Shown here: in pieces, positions 24,133 to 31,804 of the stretch | How the letters are laid out: each line of letters opens with the position of its first letter | Numbering within the stretch: position 1 is the first letter of the stretch | Source: Patescibacteria group bacterium UBA918 | Lineage (GTDB): Bacteria; Patescibacteriota; Minisyncoccia; Phycocordibacterales; UBA918 | Assembly: GCA_002293845.1 (NCBI GenBank) | Contig: DBEA01000016.1 | Location: 30,836 to 73,918, forward strand | Direction: 5' to 3' | DNA length: 43,083 nucleotides | Position numbers and translations under genes: made by a program | Notes under the pieces: model-generated | Databases searched by the model: none | Seen by the model: only the letters and a program-made list of their open reading frames with translations | Told to the model about the DNA's origin: nothing

Positions 24133-25230
24133 ATGAAAGCCGTATTGGATCAGGGTGAGTTTCTGGAAAAACTAGAGTTAGTGGCCAAAGTCAGCACCAA
24201 ACACGTCACGTTGCCGGTGTTGCAGTGCGTCTTGTTGGTGGCCGAAGACGAACACCTGATCATTCGTGCTACCAACCTGGAGGTCGCTATGGAGGTCGTG
24301 GTCGGGGCGCGAGTGGGGGAGTCGGGGGTGGTGGCTGTTCCGGCGGCCGTACTGCTTCAAACAGTGATGCTTGGTGGGCAAAAAGAAGTTTCCCTCAGAA
24401 GTGACGGTGGCAGTTTGGTCGTCGAAGGTTCTGGTTCTGAAACTCTCATTAAAACCGTATCACATGAGGAGTTTCCTTCGATACCTAAGATCGAAGGAAA
24501 AGGCCAAGTCATCGGTAACCACATGTTCAGTTTGGGTATAAAAGCATCCGCTTTTGCCGCATCCTTATCTTCTATTAAACCAGAATTAGGCAGTATCCAT
24601 ATTTTTCAAAAGAAAGAGCAGTCGCTGACTTTTGTGGCCACCGACTCGTTCCGTTTGATGGAGAAGACCGTTCCCCAAAAAGGTGTGGTGTTCGAGTCCT
24701 CGGTTCTGTTGCCGCAAAAGAACGCTCTGGAGATATCACGGGTTTTAGACGCCAACACGTCCAAAGATCCGGTTTGTCGTTACAATGACCACCAGTTTTC
24801 TTTAGAGTTCGATAATGGTGTCTATATCACATCAAGATTGGTTTCCGGATCCTTCCCTGATTACGAGCAGATAATGCCCAAAGAGTTCGTTGCTTCTGTG
24901 ACCGTGTTAAAAGAGGATCTGTCACACGCTTTTAAGAAGACCAGCATATTTCTCAATAGATTTTTTCAGGTCGGATTACGAATCGAAGACTCGTCTTTGA
25001 CGGTTTCTGCGTCTGGTGGTGAGGTCGGCACGACCACCGAATCGATAAAGGCCGAGGTTTCCGGAGAAGTTTTGGGTCTCAACTTCAACCAGCGTTACAT
25101 ATCGGATGTGCTCCCACATTTGGTGGACGACAGTGTTGTCATGCAGTTCTCTGGCATAGGGCGCCCGATGGTCATGAGGGGTTTGGGTGATCCTTCGGTG
25201 CGTTACTTGGTGATGCCGATGAATAAGTGA
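24133..25230 (+). CDS. dnaN: DNA polymerase III beta sliding clamp
   Basis: Start at ATG 24133 (MKAVLDQGEFLEKL...). The upstream frame extension from 24007 is non-homologous. C-terminus is 'RYLVMPMNK'. Confidence 0.9.
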   Translation: MKAVLDQGEFLEKLELVAKVSTKHVTLPVLQCVLLVAEDEHLIIRATNLEVAMEVVVGARVGESGVVAVPAAVLLQTVMLGGQKEVSLRSDGGSLVVEGSGSETLIKTVSHEEFPSIPKIEGKGQVIGNHMFSLGIKASAFAASLSSIKPELGSIHIFQKKEQSLTFVATDSFRLMEKTVPQKGVVFESSVLLPQKNALEISRVLDANTSKDPVCRYNDHQFSLEFDNGVYITSRLVSGSFPDYEQIMPKEFVASVTVLKEDLSHAFKKTSIFLNRFFQVGLRIEDSSLTVSASGGEVGTTTESIKAEVSGEVLGLNFNQRYISDVLPHLVDDSVVMQFSGIGRPMVMRGLGDPSVRYLVMPMNK

Positions 25231-25239
25231 TACATCTCT

Positions 25240-25518
25240 ATGGCCGAGTTGAAGAAAATATCTTCTCTATTCGATAAGTACAAAAAAACACTAGTGGCTC
25301 CAGAGTCTTCGGTAGTCGGTGTCTTTGTCGATGTGGTACAAGATCTTTTAGGTGTTGAGTGTCAAAAAGGTCAAGTGCGCTACAATCCGACCACACGGGT
25401 CTTGTCGTTTTTGGGGGGTGGTGTGTTACGTGGCGAGTGTAAGACACATGAAGCGGAGATATTGGCTCATTTGAGGGGTCGTTTGGGGGACAAAAACGCA
25501 CCCAGACACATTCTTTGA
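25240..25518 (+). CDS. DUF721-like small protein (possible DciA-type)
   Basis: 92 aa directly after dnaN. 'RVLSFLGGGVLRGECKTHEAEILAHLRGRLG' resembles the DUF721 pattern, judged from memory. Confidence 0.45.
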   Translation: MAELKKISSLFDKYKKTLVAPESSVVGVFVDVVQDLLGVECQKGQVRYNPTTRVLSFLGGGVLRGECKTHEAEILAHLRGRLGDKNAPRHIL

Positions 25519-25521
25519 CTT

Positions 25522-27780
25522 CTATCGTTGTCTGGTGCCAACGTCAGCACCCTCCTCTGTCAGAAGATCGTCAGCTTCGCCGGCGCCCACACCACTGGCT
25601 CCCAACAAAGAAATGAATTGGGCGTTCTTCCACTTGGTCACACCGTATTCCCATAAAATGTATTGCCCGTCACTTGCGGGGTTGTTGGGGTACGGACCAC
25701 GCGGGTCGTCTTTGTTTACGTAGTGCAATATGGAGTGGGTGTTTTGATAGAGGGCCAGCAACAACGCCGCTGTGTCAGGCTCGTCATTTAGGTTGTTCAC
25801 CAGGCTACTAGCATCTACAAAGTAGCCGTTGGAACGTAAAACCGGCTTTATGTCGTCAGGGATAGCGGGTGGTTCGGCAAAAGATTCCTCCGGGCGCTTC
25901 TCCATGGCCACATCCATATAAGCGCGCCATAAGGGCGAGATGATCAGGCCGGATATCTCATTCATCGATCGGTTGTCGTTGTTTCCAGCCCAAGCGCCGA
26001 CGACCAAGTTCGGTGTGTATCCGAATATCCAGGCGTCACGGCGGTCGTTGGTGGTACCGGTTTTGGCCGCCACATCTTTCGATCCGAAGTAGAGAAGAGA
26101 ATTTGCGCCGTAGAGCGGCGTTCTGGCCACGTTGTCGGAAAGTATGTCGGATATCTCCAGGGCGGCATCGCGGTCCATGACCCTTTGTCCTTCCGGTTCG
26201 TCCTTGTCGACCTCTTCCAATACCGAACCGTCGTTGTCCTCGATCTTGAGAATACTCCGGGTGGGCTTCTTTACCCCTTCGTTGGCGAAGACGCTATAGG
26301 CGCCGGTCATGTCGAGTAGGGTCACTTCGCCGCCGCCGAGCACTAGTGTCAATCCATAGCGTCTCCAGTCGGTCAGGGTAGCCAAGCCGGCATCGCGGGC
26401 TAGTTTTATGGATTCTTCCATGCCGGCTAAGTACAGTGTTTTCACTGCTGGGATGTTCAATGATTGAGCCAAAGCGTTTTTCATCGAGACTGGGCCACGA
26501 AAACGGTTGTCGTAGTTTTGTGGGGAATAACAGCCGTCTTCCGAGGTGAAATTATCAGCGGCGCAAGATGTAGAAAACTGTGTCTGTACATCGAAGAGGG
26601 TCGTGGCTGGGGTGTAACCCTTTTCGAAGGCTTTGGCGTAGATGAATGGTTTAATGGCTGATCCCGGCTGCCGTTCGGCGATGGCGATGTTGTAATTGCC
26701 GTCCACTGCTTCGTCGAAATAGTCGCGCGAACCTACCATGGTCAAGATGTCTCCGGTTCTGGGGTCGATGGCGACCAGGGCGGCGTTCGACGCGTTGAAT
26801 TGCTTCTCGTTCTTGAGGGCGTATTCGTTGACGATCTTCTCTGCCTCGGTCTGCAGTTCGATGTCTAGTGTGGTTATCACTTTTAGTCCACGAGTAGCAA
26901 GTTCGTCCTCGCCAAAACGTTCGGCCAGTTGTTCGCGCACATACATCACGAAATGTGGCGCTCGAATACCAGTATTAGCATCGCCTACAAAGGTCACAAC
27001 TTCGTTCTTGGCCGCATCGTATTCGTCTTGTGTTATGAACCCGAGTTCTAACATGCGGCCAAGTACCCGATCTTTGCGGTCCTCGAGGGCCGCACGGTTG
27101 TTTCCGTGGGGAGAAAAATATGTGGGCGCTTGAGGTATGGCAGCTAGATACGCCGCCTCGGCCAAGGTCACATCGGACGCCGATTTGCCGAAGAAGGTGC
27201 GACTAGCCTCTTCGACACCGTAAATGGTGCCGCCGTAAGGCGATTCGTTGAGGTAATACCAGAGTATCTCCTCCTTGGTGAGTATTTGTTCGAGTCGGAG
27301 GGCTAGGATAGCCTCCTTCATTTTGCGGATGTAGGATTTTTCGCGGCTCAAAAGCGCGTTCTTTATCACTTGTTGGGTGATGGTGGAGCCGCCTTGGCCA
27401 CGCAGGTCGCCGCCGGTGAAGTTGTAGTAAAGCGCTCGGACTATGGCTAGCGGCCGGACTCCCCAGTGGCTAAAGAAGGTGTCGTCCTCGATGGCGACCG
27501 TCGCGTTTTTGATGTGGTGCGAGATGTTTTCGTAGGGAATGACCGTGCGTTTGACGTCTTGGTTGAGGTCATAGAGGACGATCTCGCCAGTGCGGTCGTA
27601 TATTTTGGTGGACTGCAAAACTCGGCGCTGTTCGAAGGCCGACAGGTCCGGGATGTCGAGGGTAGATATGAATATCAGGAGACCTCCGGCCGCTATGAAC
27701 CCTAAGACTGTGGCCACGACGACCCCGTCCATCAACCAATCCTTCCAGTGGATTCCGGCTCTATTTTTAGAGTTTTTCAT
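25522..27780 (-). CDS. class A penicillin-binding protein (PBP1A; GT51 glycosyltransferase plus transpeptidase)
   Basis: Start at ATG 27780 (MKNSKNR..., followed by a TM helix). GT51 motifs EDDTFFSHWG, GGSTITQQ, RKMKEA. Transpeptidase motifs SAIKP, SLN, KTGT. Confidence 0.92.
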   Translation of the reverse strand: MKNSKNRAGIHWKDWLMDGVVVATVLGFIAAGGLLIFISTLDIPDLSAFEQRRVLQSTKIYDRTGEIVLYDLNQDVKRTVIPYENISHHIKNATVAIEDDTFFSHWGVRPLAIVRALYYNFTGGDLRGQGGSTITQQVIKNALLSREKSYIRKMKEAILALRLEQILTKEEILWYYLNESPYGGTIYGVEEASRTFFGKSASDVTLAEAAYLAAIPQAPTYFSPHGNNRAALEDRKDRVLGRMLELGFITQDEYDAAKNEVVTFVGDANTGIRAPHFVMYVREQLAERFGEDELATRGLKVITTLDIELQTEAEKIVNEYALKNEKQFNASNAALVAIDPRTGDILTMVGSRDYFDEAVDGNYNIAIAERQPGSAIKPFIYAKAFEKGYTPATTLFDVQTQFSTSCAADNFTSEDGCYSPQNYDNRFRGPVSMKNALAQSLNIPAVKTLYLAGMEESIKLARDAGLATLTDWRRYGLTLVLGGGEVTLLDMTGAYSVFANEGVKKPTRSILKIEDNDGSVLEEVDKDEPEGQRVMDRDAALEISDILSDNVARTPLYGANSLLYFGSKDVAAKTGTTNDRRDAWIFGYTPNLVVGAWAGNNDNRSMNEISGLIISPLWRAYMDVAMEKRPEESFAEPPAIPDDIKPVLRSNGYFVDASSLVNNLNDEPDTAALLLALYQNTHSILHYVNKDDPRGPYPNNPASDGQYILWEYGVTKWKNAQFISLLGASGVGAGEADDLLTEEGADVGTRQR

Positions 27781-27841
27781 GTGACGTACGCTATCCTGCC
27801 ATAATATCAGGAACACGCCAATTGTGATAAACTCGATGGGT

Positions 27842-28984
27842 ATGAAATTGTCAGATGAGCTCAAAAATAGGGGTCTGATCCAAGACGCTTCGGCCGACTT
27901 GGACACGATATTGGGTGAAAGACGCGTTCTTTATATCGGTACAGATCCTACCGCCGACTCTTTGCATGTCGGTCATTTGGCATGGGTAGTACTCATGAAG
28001 CGCCTCGCGGACGCCGGACATAAGATCGTTCTTCTTGTGGGTGGAGGTACTGGCATGATCGGCGACCCTAAGGAGAAAGGGGAACGGCCGCTCTTGACGG
28101 TAGACGATATCGATAAGAATGCCGTCGCCTTAGCGGCGCAACTCAAAGCCATCCTAGGAGATCGTGCAGATTTCACGATGGTGAATAACGCCGAATGGTT
28201 ACGTGAGGTCAAGTTGTTGGATTTCCTGCGAGATACCGGCAAACACTTTACCGTGAACGAATTGATCAAACGTGATTTGATCAAACGCCGGCTTTCTAAC
28301 CCGGAAGATAGTATTTCTTACACCGAGTTCACTTACTCCCTGCTCCAGGCTTACGATTACCGGGAACTCAACCAGCGTTATGGGTGCGATCTGCAGGTGG
28401 GCGGAAGCGACCAGTGGACCAACATACTTTCCGGCGTGGACTTGATCCGCAAGCGCGAAGGAAAAGAAGTGTTCGCTTTTTCGATACCGCTCGTCACCGA
28501 CCGGTCTGGCCGCAAGTTCGGCAAGAGCGAAGGCAATGCCGTCTGGCTCGACGCCGTCAAAACGTCTCCCTATTTGTTTCATCAGTTTTGGCTCAATGTG
28601 GAGGATGAAAAAGTGATCGATTATCTGAAGATCTACACTTTTTTGTCTCTATCTGAAATAACGTCTTTGGAGGATGAGTGGAATAAAGACAGGAGTACGC
28701 GCTTGGCGCAGAAACGACTCGCCGATGAGGTGACCAAGTTCGTTCATGGAGAAGCCGTCGAATTGGAGACGGCCGTAGTCAATGTCGCCACAACAGACCT
28801 GATCGTCGATGTGTTGGTGTCGACCGGTTTGGCCTCGAGCAAAAGGGAAGCGAGAGAATTCATCGAAAGCGGCGCCGTCACTCTAGATGGTGAGAAGGTC
28901 TCTGATGTGACCGCTCAAGTGCGAGCCGGCGAGTTGCAGCGTGGTAAGCGCAAGATGAATAGTGTTCGTCTAGAAGTGAAGTAG
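27842..28984 (+). CDS. tyrS: tyrosine--tRNA ligase
   Basis: Start at ATG 27842 (27836 or 27824 also possible). HIGH motif 'HVGHL', KMSKS motif 'KFGKS', C-terminal S4-like domain. Confidence 0.92.
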   Translation: MKLSDELKNRGLIQDASADLDTILGERRVLYIGTDPTADSLHVGHLAWVVLMKRLADAGHKIVLLVGGGTGMIGDPKEKGERPLLTVDDIDKNAVALAAQLKAILGDRADFTMVNNAEWLREVKLLDFLRDTGKHFTVNELIKRDLIKRRLSNPEDSISYTEFTYSLLQAYDYRELNQRYGCDLQVGGSDQWTNILSGVDLIRKREGKEVFAFSIPLVTDRSGRKFGKSEGNAVWLDAVKTSPYLFHQFWLNVEDEKVIDYLKIYTFLSLSEITSLEDEWNKDRSTRLAQKRLADEVTKFVHGEAVELETAVVNVATTDLIVDVLVSTGLASSKREAREFIESGAVTLDGEKVSDVTAQVRAGELQRGKRKMNSVRLEVK

Positions 28985-29042
28985 GACGAGAAAGGCCGGC
29001 ACCTAATTTCCAAATTAGAAACTAGTAGCTAGAAAAGGCGAC

Positions 29043-29071
29043 GCTGTAAGCGTCGCCTTTTCGCACCCTGA
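29043..29071. terminator. bidirectional intrinsic terminator between tyrS and the convergent ruv operon
   Basis: 12-bp stem aaaaggcgacgc/gcgtcgcctttt with a 5-nt loop. Confidence 0.8.
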
Positions 29072-29084
29072 TAGATCTTGACCG

Positions 29085-29333
29085 TTAAAGGTGGTCTTCG
29101 TCGTCGAACGAATCGTAGTCGACATCCTCCGCGTCCTCCTCCAGACCGGGGTCCTTTTCCTCCTCTTCCTCCTCTTCCCCGGCGTCTTCCTTGATATGGC
29201 CGAAACCTTCGGTGTCATCGGCCTCCACTGGATCGTCGCTCAATTCCTCAAGCATGGAATCGTCGATACTGGCTTCGGCTTCGCCCTCTTCCAGCTCCTC
29301 CTCTTCGTTTTTCATTTCGTGATCGGATGTCAT
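29085..29333 (-). CDS. hypothetical extremely acidic small protein
   Basis: 82 aa, about half Asp/Glu and almost no basic residues. ATG lies 42 nt downstream of the ruvC stop on the same strand. The 327-aa ORF on the opposite strand is antisense to ruvC/yebC and is rejected. Confidence 0.5.
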   Translation of the reverse strand: MTSDHEMKNEEEELEEGEAEASIDDSMLEELSDDPVEADDTEGFGHIKEDAGEEEEEEEKDPGLEEDAEDVDYDSFDDEDHL

Positions 29334-29375
29334 TTTGTCGCTGTTTTATATGTTTCGAAAACAGATTTTAGCGCA

Positions 29376-29846
29376 TTATCGATGATGTGCAAGTGCGGTC
29401 ACCGCCACGGCGATAGCATCGTATTCGTCGTCCATAGCTTTCAGGGGGATATTGGGCACAAGACGTCTGAGCATGTCTGTGACGGCGGTCTTGTCGCTCT
29501 TGCCATAACCGGTCACCGCCACCTTAACCTCGGCCGGACCGAATTCTTTCACGGCGGCGCCGTATTCTCGTGCCAGGAAGATGATCGCGCCCCTGGCTTC
29601 GGCCACCGCCACGGCGGTCTTTTGGTTCTTATTGAAGAAGAGCGTCTCGATGGCCACTTGATCAGGTCGATGTTCGGATATTATCGACCTGAATTGGGCG
29701 CCCGCTTCGCCGATACGCTCCGGCAAGGCGGCTTTTTTGTCGGTCAAGATACAGGTGGAGAAGATCAGCCGTTCTTTTCCGCCGTCCTTTTCCATCACGG
29801 CCACACCCAACCTGTCGTACCCAGGGTCTACGCCTATGACTTTCAT
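29376..29846 (-). CDS. ruvC: crossover junction endodeoxyribonuclease RuvC
   Basis: 156 aa with 'MKVIGVDPGYDRLGVAV', 'VTGYGKSDK' and 'DEYDAIAVA'. Confidence 0.9.
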   Translation of the reverse strand: MKVIGVDPGYDRLGVAVMEKDGGKERLIFSTCILTDKKAALPERIGEAGAQFRSIISEHRPDQVAIETLFFNKNQKTAVAVAEARGAIIFLAREYGAAVKEFGPAEVKVAVTGYGKSDKTAVTDMLRRLVPNIPLKAMDDEYDAIAVAVTALAHHR

Positions 29847-30397
29847 GAGTCTTCGATAGAATCAGGACTATCAGCCGCGGTGAATATTTCCTGTACGTCG
29901 CTCTGTTCCTCGAGAGCTTCTATCAGTTCGGCCAGTTTCTCGCCGTCGATATCGGAAAGTTCCATCGGGTTCTGCGGCACGAAGCCGGCGGTCGTTTTGG
30001 TGAACGCCCACATCGAGGTGCCCGGGGACCCGAGCGCGTATCCGGTTTTGGTGAAAATGTGGCGAATCTCCTGAGAGGTGCGGTTGTTGTTATCAGTGAC
30101 CGCGGTGACTATCATCGCCACGCCGCCGGGGCCAAAAGCTTCGAAGATCACCTCCTCCAGCGCTTCGCCGCCGGCCCCGGCGCCTTTTTGGACCGCGCGG
30201 TCGATGTTTTCTTTCGGCATCGAGTCTTTTTTGGCGCGCTCGATGACGGCGGCGAGACCTGGGGAGTTGACGTCACCTTTGGCCTTGCGAGATTCCATGG
30301 CGATCAGAGTCGAATGTTTGGAGAACACACGGCTCTTGACCGCGTCGGTCGCCGCCTTCTTGTGTTTGATCTTGCTCCATTTGTTATGTCCGGACAT
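29843..30397 (-). CDS. yebC: YebC/PmpR-family protein (short form)
   Basis: 184 aa with 'SGHNKWSKIKHKKA' and 'TDNNNRTSQEIRHIF'. Overlaps the ruvC start by 4 nt. About 50-60 aa shorter than the typical family length as I recall it. Confidence 0.85.
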   Translation of the reverse strand: MSGHNKWSKIKHKKAATDAVKSRVFSKHSTLIAMESRKAKGDVNSPGLAAVIERAKKDSMPKENIDRAVQKGAGAGGEALEEVIFEAFGPGGVAMIVTAVTDNNNRTSQEIRHIFTKTGYALGSPGTSMWAFTKTTAGFVPQNPMELSDIDGEKLAELIEALEEQSDVQEIFTAADSPDSIEDS

Positions 30398-30454
30398 AGG
30401 TTAGTAATTAGTCAGTAGAAAATAGTAAGTAGTAGTTCGTCTAATCCAAATCGT

Positions 30455-31441
30455 TTATGTCGTTTGCAGGTGGTCATGAGCAGTGGCGCTTGCGACGCGC
30501 CCGCGCGGAGTGCGCTCGAGTAAGCCGAGACGTATAAGATAAGGCTCGATGACATCTTCGATGGTCGAAGGTTCCTCGCCGGTCGCGGCCGCGATGGTGC
30601 CTAGACCCACCGGCCCGCCGCCGAACTTGTGAATGATGGCCTCTAATACCGCTCGGTCCGGTTTACCCAAACCTAGTTCATCGACCTCCAAGAGAGCGAA
30701 CGTACGCTCGACGATGTCGTCGGTTATGTCGGTTCCGTCCAGTTGGGCCAAGTCGCGACAGCGTTTCAGAAGATAATTGGCGGTACGCGGCGTGGCGCGA
30801 CATCGTTTAGCGATACTCTCCAGCACTTTACTATCGGCGTCCATACCGAGAAGGGAAGCGGAACGCCTGAGGATGTCAGCGATCTCGTTCTCGGAGTAGA
30901 AGTCGAGACGGAAAGTGCCCCCCGAGAATCGGGAACGCAACGGGGAAGAGAGCAACGAAACGCGCGTGGTGGCCGCGACCAGTGTGAACGGCGGCAGATC
31001 GAGTTGGACGGTGCGGGCGGAGGGGCCTTTACCGATGATGATGTCGAGTACACCGGATTCCATGGCTGGGTACAACACTTCCTCGATCGACTTGGAGAGA
31101 CGATGAATCTCATCGATGAATAAGACGTCTCCGGGCGAAAGGTTGGTCAAAATGGCGGCCAAGTCTCCTACGCGTTCTATGGCCGGACCGGAAGTGACCC
31201 GCATATTTGTGCCCAGAGTCTTCGCGATCAAGTGCGCCAGAGTGGTCTTGCCCAAACCTGGCGGACCATATAGAAGCACGTGCTCGGCGGCGTGTCCCCG
31301 TTCGCGCGCGGCGGTCAAAAGAATGCGCAAGTTTTCCTTGGTTTTCTCTTGGCCGATGTAGTCTTCCCAATTTTGCGGTCGCAAAGTTTGGTCCAGATTG
31401 CCAGAGGCTTCTTTGGTGAAGGTGCCGGAATCGTTCGTCAT
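30455..31441 (-). CDS. ruvB: Holliday junction branch migration helicase RuvB
   Basis: 328 aa. Walker A 'GPPGLGKTT', Walker B 'VLFIDEIH', C-terminal winged-helix region. Confidence 0.93.
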   Translation of the reverse strand: MTNDSGTFTKEASGNLDQTLRPQNWEDYIGQEKTKENLRILLTAARERGHAAEHVLLYGPPGLGKTTLAHLIAKTLGTNMRVTSGPAIERVGDLAAILTNLSPGDVLFIDEIHRLSKSIEEVLYPAMESGVLDIIIGKGPSARTVQLDLPPFTLVAATTRVSLLSSPLRSRFSGGTFRLDFYSENEIADILRRSASLLGMDADSKVLESIAKRCRATPRTANYLLKRCRDLAQLDGTDITDDIVERTFALLEVDELGLGKPDRAVLEAIIHKFGGGPVGLGTIAAATGEEPSTIEDVIEPYLIRLGLLERTPRGRVASATAHDHLQTT

Positions 31442-31447
31442 AACACC

Positions 31448-31453
31448 ATTATA
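31448..31453 (-). promoter_or_regulatory. -10 box (TATAAT) 6 nt upstream of the ruvB ATG, implying a leaderless transcript
   Basis: The minus strand reads ctgTATAATggtgttATG. Confidence 0.5.
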
Positions 31454-31499
31454 CAGAAATTAGCCCGACGGTGGCGAAAAAGGCAGGAACGGGTCATGC

Positions 31500-31527
31500 T
31501 TGACATTTTTTCTAAATGTGCTAAGAT
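31500..31527 (+). promoter_or_regulatory. near-consensus plus-strand promoter with no downstream ORF
   Basis: TTGACA (31500-31505), 16-nt spacer, TGcTAAGAT extended -10 (31519-31527). Confidence 0.5.
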
Positions 31528-31560
31528 ATACCTGTTCTTCATAAAAGTGAAAAAACAAAA

Positions 31561-31597
31561 CACCGCGGCCTTAGGCCTTCGGTGGCTTGTTTTTTCT
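31561..31597. terminator. bidirectional terminator-like hairpin inside the pilB-ruvB spacer
   Basis: caccg-c-ggcc-tta-ggcc-tt-cggtg, flanked by an A-rich run upstream and gcttgttttttctttc downstream. Confidence 0.55.
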
Positions 31598-31742
31598 TTC
31601 GAGAGGATAGCTCTCTAAGCAATTGGGTGGTGTGGCGAGGACTTCCTGGTCCTTACCCTTGAGTGAGATCGCTGGGAATTCCCTTAGCGCATCACTCACT
31701 TTCATATCTGGAAAGCTTGCTTAGAGAACTATATTCTCGAAA
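31597..31742. ncRNA. candidate structured small RNA of unknown family, strand unresolved
   Basis: Long-range inverted repeat 31599-31622/31717-31740 (21 Watson-Crick pairs, 1 G-U, 2 mismatches in 24 positions). It closes ~90 nt holding two hairpins: aggac/gtcct, and 31661-31697 containing the palindrome GGGAATTCCC. No credible ORF. Confidence 0.3.
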
Positions 31743-31760
31743 AATCACTTTTTGAACCTG

Positions 31761-31789
31761 CAAAACCGACTATAGCATAGTCGGTTTTG
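31761..31789. terminator. bidirectional intrinsic terminator after pilB
   Basis: 12-bp perfect stem caaaaccgacta/tagtcggttttg with a 5-nt loop, 16 nt beyond the pilB stop. Confidence 0.75.
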
Positions 31790-31804
31790 TTGTCTCTATT
31801 GAAA

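Noticed and set aside
29091-30074. A 327-aa plus-strand ORF.
   Set aside because: It lies fully antisense to the well-supported ruvC and yebC genes and the acidic ORF. It is low complexity (L/F/V/G/H-rich), with no recognisable motif, which is typical of a shadow ORF.
31442-31804. RNase P RNA or SRP (4.5S) RNA in the pilB-ruvB spacer.
   Set aside because: The minus strand has aGGAAGUCC, which resembles the P4 GGAAAGUCCGG, but lacks the rest of the conserved P4/CR regions and the matching 3' strand. There is no GGAA-tetraloop with AGCAGC, the SRP domain IV signature, on either strand. The length is also marginal for RNase P RNA.
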